Shown: in pieces, positions 43,747-53,831 of the stretch
How the letters are laid out: each line of letters opens with the position of its first letter
How positions within the stretch are numbered: position 1 is the stretch's first letter
Assembly: GCA_022793655.1 (NCBI GenBank)
Contig: JAAWDG010000014.1
Location: 34,636 to 98,635, forward strand
Direction of reading: 5' to 3'
DNA from: Clostridiales bacterium
GTDB lineage: Bacteria; Bacillota; Clostridia; Oscillospirales; CAG-272
Length of the DNA stretch: 64,000 nt
Notes under the pieces: generated by a model
What the model was told of the DNA's origin: nothing
Databases searched by the model: none
The model's input: only the letters and a program-made list of their open reading frames with translations
Made by a program: the position numbers and the translations under genes

Positions 43747-46347
43747 ATGATAAAGTATCGATATAAAAAAATAATCAGCGCATTTTGTGCGCTCATGCTA
43801 TGTGTTTGTACGGGCACATCTGCCTTTTTTGGTGCAGGCGCCAAAGAAGAGGAAAAAACAGAAACCGAAATTGTATCGATTCGTCTTTCTGAAGATACGA
43901 AAACATTAACCGTGGATGCTACGCTTTCGGATGAGTTTTTGGCTAAAAACGGAGCATGCGGTATTTTTTTGTTTGAATTTAGACCGTATGAAAAATTTGG
44001 TGATATTAATACCAAAGCGCCGGTTTCGGAACTGGTGGCGACAAAAGAACTTTCCTTTACCGTTGATTTTACAAAGGATGCGTCGCGTCGCAAATATAAT
44101 AAATATATCTTGGCTATCAGCGACGGCGAGGGGTATACGACCATCAGCGGTGCTCGTTATATAGACAATCCGGAAGCGTTATCCTCCGCGCGTGATTTTC
44201 CGGCGAGCAAAGCCGGCAAAGCGGGCGTTTTGAATGCGGATACGGACATAACAAGTGAACTGGATGTATCGAAATCCATTGTACGTGTCGCGTTAAATGA
44301 ATTGGTGGCCGACGGGGTCGAAAAGGGGCAAAAAATTGATTATGCCGGCCAAGATTATTATATCAATAAAGAAGCGTTGATTGCGCTTGACAACCAGGTG
44401 CGCGCTTTGTCAGAACAGGGAGTCGAGGTGTATTTGCAGCTTGTGTTAACCGCTCCGGCAGAGGATATGGCCGACGCAGCTTTGGCGCTGTATGCTTCTG
44501 TCGCAAACAAAGACGCAACATTTTATGCATTCAATACAGAAAGCGAACAGGGCACCGATTTGTATTGCGCGCTTGTCGAGTTTTTGGCCGATCGTTATAC
44601 CCGAGAGGATCATGCATTTGGCCATGCGCCTTGCTTTGTTTACGGCAGTTCGGTCAATGACGGCCGCCGGCATTATTCGATGGGTGAAACCAATGCCAGT
44701 ACGTTTATTTCAAGTCTTTCCCGCGCGATCAGACTTACTTCATGGGCGCTGCGGTCGGTGAGTCCACAGATTCGTCTGTATGTTTCGCTTGGTTCTAATT
44801 TTCAGTCGAGCGTTATCGATTCCGAAGAAACGCCGAATGAAGCGTACGATTTTTCAGCTAAACAGGTGATGGATGGTCTTTCGAGCGTGCTGCCGTCGGT
44901 GCCGTTTGGCTTTGCATTGTCAGCTAGCGCTTCGGATGGTCGAACTGACTTCTGGACCGATCCTTTGGCCGAGAATACATTTGACACGCCCTTTATCACT
45001 ATGAAAAATATAGAGATAATGGCGGAATATATAAAGCAGCCGGCCATGCTTTGCGATGGGTTCTTACGGGATATCATCGTCAGTGATTTCAGCGTATCAG
45101 CCGGCGATTCTTCGATTTCTTGCCAGAGTGCGCAGGCGGCCGCTGTTATCCTGGCTTATTATAAGGCCTATCAAATGGAAGAAATATCCGGCTTCTTCTA
45201 TGGCAGCCCGCTTGACACATCCGATAGCGCGGCCGGATTAGTTGACAATGGTAAGGCAAGATTAGCGTTTAGTGCTTTTCAAAAAATTGGCACTTTGGGT
45301 CCGGATGAAATTGAAGCCCGCATGGAAACCTATATGGATGAGGAAAGCTATGCGGCCATTTCACAGGGCGATTTTTCGTCTTTTTTCGCGAATCGCGCTT
45401 CACTTGTTCCGTATACCGGAAAAATACCCGATCGAAGTAAATATACGTATTTAGCTAATTTCACCGATAATAGCTTATATGGCTTTGGTCCCGACGCTGC
45501 TACCGCTTCGGTGCATGTGACGATTCTAAATGATGTCGGCATTGTGCTCTGCGCTGGTTCAGGCACTGATAAAGCGGGCATCGTAAAAGATTTTGATGCC
45601 TATGATCTTGCCAAGCAGGATGCGTTTAGCGTGTCATTTATGGCACAAACAACAAGCGAAGAGGCTTTTTATACCGTTACACTCACGGGAAAAAAGGGTG
45701 AAGAAAATATTATTTTAAGTGCAGAGGGCACGCTGCTTGCGAACGAGTGGCAGGACTTGGTTTTCGAGATCGATGAATTAGACAGTTTGACAAATGTCAG
45801 CGTGCGCGTCGAGGCGCCGGGTGAAGAGGTTTCTTTGCTGGCTAAGGATATACGATTGTATCAATTTCCGTTGGCTGGCGCGACTTTGCTGCTTACAATT
45901 TTGATTTGGGTTGCCGCGATTGTTTTATTTATATTTTTAATTTTATATATCCGCTATATGATTGTCACCAGCCGCAAGGCTAAGCAAAGCCGGCTTGCGT
46001 TGGCCCAAAAAATACAAGCGGAGAATAATCAAATGACCTATCGGTATAACCGCAGAACCGTAGCGCCGGCGCGTCCAGCTCAAGCCAAGCCAGAGCCGCC
46101 CGCTTTTATACCACCAAAGCCGAAAGCTCCGCCGGTTGCGCCAAGTCCAGAGCCGCGCAAGATACCCGAAATGCCTAAAACTGAACCGAAAGTCTATGTG
46201 GTGCCGCCGAAACAGGAAGAGAAAAAGGCAAAACGTGCCACCCTCTCGCTTGGCATTGAGCCCGTAAAGCCGGCTGCCACGAATCATGGTTTTAATACGA
46301 CAGAAGCGGATGATCATACTGTCAATCAACAGGAAAAAGGAGAATGA
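43747..46347 (+). CDS. large exported, C-terminally membrane-anchored protein with a Pro/Lys-rich cytoplasmic tail (function unknown)
   Basis: Signal-like N-terminus (AFCALMLCVCTGTSAFF), a ~700-aa ectodomain, one TM (TLLLTILIWVAAIVLFIFLILYI), then PARPAQAKPEPPAFIPPKPKAPPVAPSPEP... Confidence 0.6.
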   Translation: MIKYRYKKIISAFCALMLCVCTGTSAFFGAGAKEEEKTETEIVSIRLSEDTKTLTVDATLSDEFLAKNGACGIFLFEFRPYEKFGDINTKAPVSELVATKELSFTVDFTKDASRRKYNKYILAISDGEGYTTISGARYIDNPEALSSARDFPASKAGKAGVLNADTDITSELDVSKSIVRVALNELVADGVEKGQKIDYAGQDYYINKEALIALDNQVRALSEQGVEVYLQLVLTAPAEDMADAALALYASVANKDATFYAFNTESEQGTDLYCALVEFLADRYTREDHAFGHAPCFVYGSSVNDGRRHYSMGETNASTFISSLSRAIRLTSWALRSVSPQIRLYVSLGSNFQSSVIDSEETPNEAYDFSAKQVMDGLSSVLPSVPFGFALSASASDGRTDFWTDPLAENTFDTPFITMKNIEIMAEYIKQPAMLCDGFLRDIIVSDFSVSAGDSSISCQSAQAAAVILAYYKAYQMEEISGFFYGSPLDTSDSAAGLVDNGKARLAFSAFQKIGTLGPDEIEARMETYMDEESYAAISQGDFSSFFANRASLVPYTGKIPDRSKYTYLANFTDNSLYGFGPDAATASVHVTILNDVGIVLCAGSGTDKAGIVKDFDAYDLAKQDAFSVSFMAQTTSEEAFYTVTLTGKKGEENIILSAEGTLLANEWQDLVFEIDELDSLTNVSVRVEAPGEEVSLLAKDIRLYQFPLAGATLLLTILIWVAAIVLFIFLILYIRYMIVTSRKAKQSRLALAQKIQAENNQMTYRYNRRTVAPARPAQAKPEPPAFIPPKPKAPPVAPSPEPRKIPEMPKTEPKVYVVPPKQEEKKAKRATLSLGIEPVKPAATNHGFNTTEADDHTVNQQEKGE

Positions 46348-46351
46348 TAAA

Positions 46352-48145
46352 ATGGCAAATTCTATCCCAACGCGAAATGAGGTAAAAAAAGAGCATACTT
46401 GGGCAACCGAGGACATTTTTTCAAACGATGCCGCGTGGGAAGCAGCTTATACAGAAGCGAAGCAGTACCCGGCACAGTTAGCCGCCTATCGCGGCAAGAT
46501 CGCCAAAGAGGGGCGGGAACTGCTTGCTTTTTTGCAGGAAAACGATGAGATCGGCATTAAAACGGCCGCTCTGTATCGCTATGCTTCATTAAAGAGCGAT
46601 GAGGACACTACGGTTAGTAAATATACCGAAATGGTCGGCCGGGCCTATAGCCTTTACGTCGAGATCGGCGCAGCGGTTTCTTTTGCCGTACCCGAAATAT
46701 TGACGATTGACAAGACGACCAAAGAAAGGTTTATGCAAGAAAATCCAGCGCTTTTGGTATATAAGCGGTATTTAGATTTAATTGAGCGGGATAAGCCACA
46801 TACCCTATCTGAGGCGGAGGAAAGGCTGCTTGCGATGGCAGGTGAAATTGGCAGAGCGCCCGACGATATTGCCTCTAAGCTTGGCGATGCAGACCTGCGC
46901 TTTCCGGATGTAATGACAAACGAGGGGCCGGAACCTCTCACCCATGCTACTTTTATGCTGTTTATGCACGACAAAGATCGGGACTCGCGTAAAGATGCCT
47001 TTGAGAAACTGTATGCGGTTTATCGGTCCTTTGAGAATACCAGCGCGGCCATTTTAGACGCACAGGTAAAACAGCTCATCTTTTTTGCAAAAGCCAGGAA
47101 TTATGAGTCAACCCTGCAAGCGTCATTGTTTCGAAACGAAGTGCCGATCGAGGTATATCATAATCTAATCAACACGGTGCATGCAAATTTACCGGCTATG
47201 GTCAAATATACAAACCTTCGTAAGAGGGCGCTTGGCGTAGATGAGCTGCATATGTATGATCTTTATGTGCCCATGGTGCCAAATGCCGATGTGAAAATAC
47301 CATTTGAAACAGCGAAAGAGAATTGTCTAAAAGCGCTTGCGCCGCTCGGGGCGGACTATAGCGCCATTCTACAAGAAGGCTTTGACAAACGCTGGATTGA
47401 TGTGTATGAAAACCAGGGCAAGCGCTCGGGTGCTTATTCATCGGGCTGTCGTCCTCACCCGTTTGTTCTGCTCAATTATAAAGAAACGCTGGATAGCGAA
47501 TTTACGCTGATTCATGAGATGGGTCATGCGCTGCATTCCTATTTATCCAAGCAAAACCAGCCGGTTGTGTATGCCGATTATGTGATTTTTGTGGCAGAGG
47601 TTGCTTCTACCTGCAACGAAGTCTTGCTCATGAAATACCTGTTAGCAAATACAAAGGATAAAGAAAGCCGCGCTTATTTGATTAATTATTTCTTAGAGCA
47701 GTTCCGTACCACGGTGTATCGCCAAACTATGTTTGCCGAGTTTGAAATGAAAATAAACGAAATGGGCGAGAAGGGCGCAACCTTAACCCCGCAGGCGCTT
47801 AATGCACTTTATTATGATTTAAATAAACAATATTATGGAACCGATATGGTCATTGACGAACAAATCGCCGTCGAGTGGGCGCGCATTCCACATTTTTATT
47901 ATGATTTTTATGTGTTCCAATATGCGACCGGTTTTTCGGCGGCCGTAGCATTGGCTCAGCAGATTTTAGAGAAAGGCGAGTCGGCAGCCAAGCGATATCT
48001 ATCCTTTTTATCATCTGGCTGTAAGGCAGATCCGATCACACTGTTAAAAGAGGCGGGCGTGGATATGACCTCGCCGGCACCGATTCAGTCGGCGCTTTCG
48101 CTCTTTAGCGAATTGGTTGATGAATTGGATACGCTTTTATCATAA
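46352..48145 (+). CDS. pepF: oligoendopeptidase F (M3B)
   Basis: HEMGHALH zinc motif. N-terminus IPTRNEVKKEHTWATEDIF. About 598 aa. Confidence 0.9.
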   Translation: MANSIPTRNEVKKEHTWATEDIFSNDAAWEAAYTEAKQYPAQLAAYRGKIAKEGRELLAFLQENDEIGIKTAALYRYASLKSDEDTTVSKYTEMVGRAYSLYVEIGAAVSFAVPEILTIDKTTKERFMQENPALLVYKRYLDLIERDKPHTLSEAEERLLAMAGEIGRAPDDIASKLGDADLRFPDVMTNEGPEPLTHATFMLFMHDKDRDSRKDAFEKLYAVYRSFENTSAAILDAQVKQLIFFAKARNYESTLQASLFRNEVPIEVYHNLINTVHANLPAMVKYTNLRKRALGVDELHMYDLYVPMVPNADVKIPFETAKENCLKALAPLGADYSAILQEGFDKRWIDVYENQGKRSGAYSSGCRPHPFVLLNYKETLDSEFTLIHEMGHALHSYLSKQNQPVVYADYVIFVAEVASTCNEVLLMKYLLANTKDKESRAYLINYFLEQFRTTVYRQTMFAEFEMKINEMGEKGATLTPQALNALYYDLNKQYYGTDMVIDEQIAVEWARIPHFYYDFYVFQYATGFSAAVALAQQILEKGESAAKRYLSFLSSGCKADPITLLKEAGVDMTSPAPIQSALSLFSELVDELDTLLS

Positions 48146-48146
48146 G

Positions 48147-48187
48147 AAAAAGTACTGCAAAGATGTTTTGCAGTACTTTATTTTTTT
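48147..48187. terminator. bidirectional intrinsic terminator (pepF / rnhA)
   Basis: AAAGTACTGCAAA (48149-48161) / TTTGCAGTACTTT (48167-48179), flanked by an A-run and a T-run. It overlaps the rnhA stop. Confidence 0.8.
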
Positions 48188-48627
48188 CCTTGTTTTAAGG
48201 CTTCATAGCCGGCAACCGCTAACCGGTCGCAGCGCTCGTTGTAGGGATGTCCCGCGTGTCCTTTACACCAGACGAACGTAACATCGTGTATTGTTAATAA
48301 ATGCAGCAGTTTTTCCCATAAGTCACTGTTGAGCGCCGGCTTTTTATCAGCCTTGCGCCATCCGTTTGCCTGCCACCCTTTCGCCCATCCTTTGGTAATG
48401 GCGTCAGAGACATATTTTGAATCAGTGGTAAGGGTTACCTTGCAGGGTTCTTTTAAACAACAGAGGGCCTCAATCACGCCGGTGAGCTCCATGCGGTTGT
48501 TGGTGGTATTTGCTTCGGCGCCTGAAAGCACTTTTTCGTTGTCCCGATAGACAATGATCGCGCCGTATCCCCCAGGGCCAGGATTGCCGCTGCAGGCGCC
48601 GTCGGTATAAATTGATACATGTTTCAT
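48178..48627 (-). CDS. rnhA: ribonuclease HI
   Basis: [29 protein letters not shown] and [16 protein letters not shown] motifs. Confidence 0.9.
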   Translation of the reverse strand: MKHVSIYTDGACSGNPGPGGYGAIIVYRDNEKVLSGAEANTTNNRMELTGVIEALCCLKEPCKVTLTTDSKYVSDAITKGWAKGWQANGWRKADKKPALNSDLWEKLLHLLTIHDVTFVWCKGHAGHPYNERCDRLAVAGYEALKQGKK

Positions 48628-48711
48628 GAGGGTATTGTAGCAAATTTTCTTGAAAAAAGCAATGCAGTGTGATAAAATAAACGAATAAGATAAATGGGAA
48701 AGGGAAAATAA

Positions 48712-49470
48712 ATGGGCGAAAAAATTTCGATTCGAGGCGTGCAGTTTGATGATGTGAATTTAGAGGAGGCGCTGGCCATTGTAGATGGGTTTATGACCAA
48801 CGAGTGCAAGGGTGTTGTGCATACCCCGAATTCTGAGATTGTGCAGCTTTGCATAGAGCAGCCAGCGTATTATGATTTAATCAATGCGGCTGACTTAATC
48901 ATTCCGGATGGCAGCGGGGTGGTTTTAGCGTCTAAGATTTTAAAAACGCCGCTTGCCAAAGGCAAGGTGGCCGGCGTTGATTTAGCGGAAAATACTCTTT
49001 CCTTAGCGGCAAAAAAGGGGTATAAGGTGTTCTTTTTAGGCGGCAAGCCGGGCGTTGCCGAGCGGGCGGCCGAAAGAATGACCGAAAAATATCCGGGGCT
49101 TATGATCGCCGGTGTCCATGATGGCTATTTTGAGAAAACAGGGGCCGAGAGCGAGGCGGTTGTCGCATCCATCAATGAAGCAGACGCGCAGATTTTGTTT
49201 GTTTGTTTAGGGGTGCCCGTGCAGGAGGAATGGATGCGCGCCAATCGGGACCAGCTGCAAGTGAATGTGATGATGGGCCTTGGCGGCAGTTTGGACGTTT
49301 TTGCGGGTACGGCAAAACGCGCGCCGAAGATTTTTATTAAGTTAGGTCTTGAATGGTTTTATCGGCTGTTAAAGCAGCCCTCCCGCATTGGACGCATGAT
49401 GAAACTGCCTCGATTCCTTTTAGGCACGGTTTTTAGTAAAAAGCAGAGAAAAAGGGAGCCGGCCGAATAA
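48712..49470 (+). CDS. WecB/TagA/CpsF family glycosyltransferase
   Basis: [28 protein letters not shown] and LGLEWFYRL motifs. Confidence 0.8.
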   Translation: MGEKISIRGVQFDDVNLEEALAIVDGFMTNECKGVVHTPNSEIVQLCIEQPAYYDLINAADLIIPDGSGVVLASKILKTPLAKGKVAGVDLAENTLSLAAKKGYKVFFLGGKPGVAERAAERMTEKYPGLMIAGVHDGYFEKTGAESEAVVASINEADAQILFVCLGVPVQEEWMRANRDQLQVNVMMGLGGSLDVFAGTAKRAPKIFIKLGLEWFYRLLKQPSRIGRMMKLPRFLLGTVFSKKQRKREPAE

Positions 49471-49554
49471 ATCGGCGGTATGTCGATAGACGCGTGGTCA
49501 GATAGTAGTGGCACAGCCAGATATGGCACAACCAAGAATGGCTGGAGGAAAGGA

Positions 49555-50676
49555 ATGGTCAGCAATATGTTATTGAAAGAAAGAATGGCGAAAGAAGAAC
49601 AATTAGTTTTGTCTCTTTCATCGCTATATGAACAATATTCATACGAAAAATATTCCATGGCGAAGTTTGAAGAATACTCTTTTTATTCGGATAACCGTAA
49701 GTTTATGCCGGGTGAGGGTATGATTGCCTTTAACAGTTCGGACGGAAAGTTAATGGCTTTGAAGCCGGATATTACTTTGTCGATTGTGAAAAATGCAAAA
49801 ATGAGCAAGGAAAGCCAGACAAAACTTTATTATAATGAATCGGTTTTCCGTATCTCGGATGAGACGCATGACTATCGTGAAATCAAGCAAACAGGCGTCG
49901 AGGTATTAGGAGATATTGACCCGTATGCGCAGGCGGAACTTTTCTTTTTGGCTTTGCTTTCGCTTAGGGAAATTGATGAAGATTTCGTGTTAAGCGTTTC
50001 TCATATGGGTATTGTGGCTCATTTTGTAAATGCATTGGCCCTGCCGGTTGAGATAAAAAAACAAATGATTCGCTGTTTTGCTAAAAAAAGCGTGCATGAG
50101 CTTAAAAGTCTGTGCCAGCAAAACGGCCTTGAGGCGTCTGTTTGTGAGCGATTAATCGGCATGCTCTCCTTAAATGGCAAACTAAGCGATGTGCTGCCCA
50201 AGCTGCGTGCATTATGCGGCGATGATGAGATGACAGCGGCCGTTAGAGAACTTGAAGCACTGTATCAGGAAATTAAGGATCATCCCCTTGCCGATAAAGT
50301 GATTTTTGACGCTTCGGTCGTGAATCATATTGATTATTATAACGGTTTAATTTTTAAAGGATATGTCAAAGGCGCCCCCGGCCCGGTTTTGTCTGGCGGC
50401 CGGTATGATAAACTTGCCTGCCGCATTCGTGAGAATGCGTGCGCGATTGGCTTTGCCGTTTATTTAGATGGCCTTAATTACTATTATCCTAACCAAAGAG
50501 AGAAAACAGTCGATGCGCTTATCCTTTGTGAAGGGTCAACAGAGGGATTGCTGACCCAGGTGAATGTATTGGTTGAACAGGGGTTATGCGTGCGGATTGA
50601 AAAAGACCAGACAGGAATCGAAGCGGACACTGTTTACCGCTATGAAGACGGCAAGTTAAGCCGTATATCTTGTTAA
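49555..50676 (+). CDS. hisZ: ATP phosphoribosyltransferase regulatory subunit HisZ
   Basis: ATG 49555 follows GGAGGAAAGG. HisRS-like core without an anticodon domain (LKPDITLSIV, YYNGLIFKGY, GGRYD). Lies directly upstream of a short-form hisG. Confidence 0.85.
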   Translation: MVSNMLLKERMAKEEQLVLSLSSLYEQYSYEKYSMAKFEEYSFYSDNRKFMPGEGMIAFNSSDGKLMALKPDITLSIVKNAKMSKESQTKLYYNESVFRISDETHDYREIKQTGVEVLGDIDPYAQAELFFLALLSLREIDEDFVLSVSHMGIVAHFVNALALPVEIKKQMIRCFAKKSVHELKSLCQQNGLEASVCERLIGMLSLNGKLSDVLPKLRALCGDDEMTAAVRELEALYQEIKDHPLADKVIFDASVVNHIDYYNGLIFKGYVKGAPGPVLSGGRYDKLACRIRENACAIGFAVYLDGLNYYYPNQREKTVDALILCEGSTEGLLTQVNVLVEQGLCVRIEKDQTGIEADTVYRYEDGKLSRISC

Positions 50677-50698
50677 GAAGAGAGAAAGGGTCAAGAAT

Positions 50699-51325
50699 AT
50701 GTTGAATATTGCGCTGCCTAAGGGTCGCTTAGGCGACAAGGTATATGGACGCTTAGAGAAGGCGGGCTTTGCTTGCTCGGAAATAAAAGAAGAGAGCCGA
50801 AAATTGGTTTTTGAAAACCCGTCGGCGGGGTTACGCTATATGCTTGTGAAACCGTCGGATGTGGCCATTTATGTGGCTCATGGCGCCGCTGATGTTGGCG
50901 TGGTGGGCAAAGACATTTTGGCTGAGGGCCATTATGATATATATGAACTGCTTGATTTAGGCTTTGGCCGATGCCATATGTGTGTCGCTGCGAAAGAGGA
51001 TTATCGAGAAGATCCCAGCCGTCCGGTGCGAGTGGCCACGAAATTTCCGCATATTGCAAAGGCATATTATCGGGGACTCAATCGAGAGATTGAAGTCATC
51101 AAGCTAAATGGTTCAATTGAGATTGCACCGCTGTTGGGACTTTCTGATGTCATTGTTGATATCGTAGAAACAGGTGGTACGCTGAAGGAAAATCACTTAA
51201 AAGTGTTTGAAAAAATTATGCCTATATCGGCCCGTTTTATTGCCAATAAGGCTTCTTATCGCTTTAAAGGGACATTAATCGATGCGATGGCGGCGAAATT
51301 ACAGGAAAGGGATGCACAGGAATGA
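50699..51325 (+). CDS. hisG: ATP phosphoribosyltransferase, short form
   Basis: 208 aa. LNIALPKGRL, VKPSDV and DIVETGGTLKEN motifs. Confidence 0.9.
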   Translation: MLNIALPKGRLGDKVYGRLEKAGFACSEIKEESRKLVFENPSAGLRYMLVKPSDVAIYVAHGAADVGVVGKDILAEGHYDIYELLDLGFGRCHMCVAAKEDYREDPSRPVRVATKFPHIAKAYYRGLNREIEVIKLNGSIEIAPLLGLSDVIVDIVETGGTLKENHLKVFEKIMPISARFIANKASYRFKGTLIDAMAAKLQERDAQE

Positions 51326-52599
51326 TCAAGATAGTGAAAGCGGCTGCGGCCGAGCGCGGTGAAATACTGACACGGGATATTCAGTTAGAATCAGGCGTTG
51401 AAGAGAGTGTTCACGCCATTATCGAGGGCGTGCGTGAGGACAAGGACCAAGCGCTGATTGCCTATACTGAGAAGTTTGATAAAGTGCGTCTTTCTTCTCT
51501 TCGTGTTGGCGCGGATGAAATCGAGGCCGCGTACCATGCACAAGATGAGGCGTATAAAGAGACGCTGGCCGCCGCGGCTGAGAATATCCGTGCTTTTCAC
51601 AAGCAGCAAGTGCGAGAGGGTTTCCGGCTTGAAAAAGAGGATGGCGTTATCTTGGGCCAGAAAATCACGCCGATTGAAAAGGCGGGCCTGTATGTACCAG
51701 GCGGTACGGCGGCCTACCCTTCCAGCGTGCTGATGAACGCAATTCCCGCAAAAATTGCCGGCGTGAAAGAATTGGTGATGACCACCCCACCGGCAAAGGA
51801 TGGCAAGGTTTCCTCCTTTATCTTGGCGGCGGCGTATGTAGCCGGGGTTGATACGGTGATTCCGGTGGGCGGTGCGCAGGCGATTGCAGCGTTGGCTTAT
51901 GGTACGCAAAGCGTGCCCAAGGTAGACAAGATCGTGGGGCCGGGTAACGTGTTTGTGGCGACGGCCAAGCGCATGCTGTATGGGGTTGTGGATATTGATA
52001 TGATTGCCGGTCCCAGTGAAATTTTGGTGATAGCCGATGAAACGGGCGAGCCAGAACGCATAGCGGCGGACCTTTTATCCCAGGCCGAGCATGATAAATT
52101 AGCCTCTGCGATTTTGGTGACAACCAGCCGGACTTTGGCAAACGCGGTTTCTGAAGAACTGGAAAAACAAATACCGGTCCTTTGGCGCCATGAGATTGCA
52201 AGAACATCTATCGATACAAACGGTCGCATTCTTTTGGTGGATACCATCGAAGAAGCGGTGAACATCGCCAATGAGATCGCTCCCGAGCATTTAGAGGTCT
52301 ATTTGGACGATCCGTTTGTTTATCTTGATCAAATTAAAAACGCAGGTTCTATCTTTCTTGGCAAGTATACGCCCGAGGCCGTTGGCGATTATTTCGCAGG
52401 GCCGAACCATACGCTGCCTACCTCCGGCACTGCTCGGTTTTCTTCTCCCCTTTCGGTTGATGATTTTATCAAGAAAACACAGTATATCAGCTATACCAAA
52501 GAGGCGCTGCAAAAGGCCAAGGACTATGTGGCCGGGTTCGCTTTGAAAGAGGGATTAGAGGGACATGCGCAAAGTGTATTAAAGAGGTTTGAAAAGTGA
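51322..52599 (+). CDS. hisD: histidinol dehydrogenase
   Basis: YVPGGTAAYPSSVLM, GPGNVFV, QAEHD and GDY.AGPNHTLPT motifs. Confidence 0.9.
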   Translation: MIKIVKAAAAERGEILTRDIQLESGVEESVHAIIEGVREDKDQALIAYTEKFDKVRLSSLRVGADEIEAAYHAQDEAYKETLAAAAENIRAFHKQQVREGFRLEKEDGVILGQKITPIEKAGLYVPGGTAAYPSSVLMNAIPAKIAGVKELVMTTPPAKDGKVSSFILAAAYVAGVDTVIPVGGAQAIAALAYGTQSVPKVDKIVGPGNVFVATAKRMLYGVVDIDMIAGPSEILVIADETGEPERIAADLLSQAEHDKLASAILVTTSRTLANAVSEELEKQIPVLWRHEIARTSIDTNGRILLVDTIEEAVNIANEIAPEHLEVYLDDPFVYLDQIKNAGSIFLGKYTPEAVGDYFAGPNHTLPTSGTARFSSPLSVDDFIKKTQYISYTKEALQKAKDYVAGFALKEGLEGHAQSVLKRFEK

Positions 52600-53651
52600 G
52601 TCGATTTTTAGCGCCGGCGTATCACAATTTAGTGCCCTATACGCCGGGTGAACAATTAAATGATCGTAAGTACATCAAATTAAATACGAATGAATCTCCC
52701 TTCCCGCCGGCGCCGGGCGTTTGCCGGGTGATTGATGAAGGACGAATGCGTTCTTTGAATTTATATTCGGATCCAGCCCTTACCGCGCTGACTGGTTCGC
52801 TTGCCGAATCGTTTGGCGTATCCCCGAAACAAGTGTTTTGCGGGAATGGGAGCGACGATGTATTAGCCTTTGCGATTATGGCTTTTTGCGGCAAGGGAGG
52901 CACGCTTGCCTGTCCGGATATCAGCTACAGTTTTTACCCTGTGTATGCTGATTTATTTGGTGTAAAACTTACCCAAATACCGTTAGCTGAGGATTTTACT
53001 ATTCGCGTGAGCGATTATGTTGGCATCGGTAAAAATATTGTGATTGCAAATCCCAATGCACCCACGGGTCTTTCGCTGAGTGTAAAAGAGGTGGAGACGA
53101 TCGTAGCGTCGAATCCCGAGCATCTCGTGATCATCGATGAAGCCTATGTCGATTTTTCAAATGACACCTGTGTTTCGCTTCTTTCGCGGTATGATAACTT
53201 AATGGTGGTGCAGACTTTCTCCAAAAGTCGGTCGCTGGCTGGACTTCGAGTTGGTTTTGCACTGGCCAGCGAAGCGATTGTTGAGGATTTAAATAAAATC
53301 AAGTTCTCCTTTAATCCTTACAATATCAATACCTTATCCATCACCGCGGCTTCCCAGGCCATGAGAGAGCAGGCATATTATGATGAATGCGTGGCGCAGA
53401 TTGTGGCACAAAGAGAAAAGACAAAAAAACGGTTGGCAGACCTTGGTTTTGTTTTAACCGATTCCAAAACCAATTTTGTGTTTGCCAGCCATCCCGAAAA
53501 AAAGGCGGAGATGCTGTATAAGGCGCTGAAAGAACGGGGCGTGCTGGTTCGGCATTTTAATGCTCCCCGTATTAAAGATTATTTGCGTATTACTATTGGC
53601 AGCGAAGAGCAGATGGAAGGATTCTTTGCTGAACTGACGCGGATTTTATAA
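52596..53651 (+). CDS. hisC: histidinol-phosphate aminotransferase
   Basis: KLNTNESPFPP, GNGSDD, DEAYVDF and TFSKSRSLAGLRVG (PLP lysine) motifs. Confidence 0.9.
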   Translation: MSRFLAPAYHNLVPYTPGEQLNDRKYIKLNTNESPFPPAPGVCRVIDEGRMRSLNLYSDPALTALTGSLAESFGVSPKQVFCGNGSDDVLAFAIMAFCGKGGTLACPDISYSFYPVYADLFGVKLTQIPLAEDFTIRVSDYVGIGKNIVIANPNAPTGLSLSVKEVETIVASNPEHLVIIDEAYVDFSNDTCVSLLSRYDNLMVVQTFSKSRSLAGLRVGFALASEAIVEDLNKIKFSFNPYNINTLSITAASQAMREQAYYDECVAQIVAQREKTKKRLADLGFVLTDSKTNFVFASHPEKKAEMLYKALKERGVLVRHFNAPRIKDYLRITIGSEEQMEGFFAELTRIL

Positions 53652-53831
53652 GGCGAGCCGATACTGGCCGGCGTGGGAGAAGTCAATAGGGTGGCTGGTA
53701 TAGAACGAGGGGACAAGCAATTGTTTGAAAGCGAAATTAAAACCGACGCTTCATTGTTTTCAGACATAATGAATGGATTTTGCTGCCGGCAAACCCAACA
53801 CAAATATAAAAAGAAAGGCATATTCATAAAA

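Noticed and set aside
53685-53705. AATAGGGTGGCTGGTATAG in the hisC-hisB gap looks like a T-box sequence.
   Set aside because: The ~200 nt that would have to form Stem I lie inside the hisC coding sequence. The match breaks after GGGTGG, and no terminator hairpin follows.
53673-53831. Longer hisB ORF starting at GTG 53673, as given in the ORF track.
   Set aside because: The extension has no counterpart in HisB proteins, has an odd composition and lacks a ribosome-binding site. The conserved N-terminus begins at ATG 53832.
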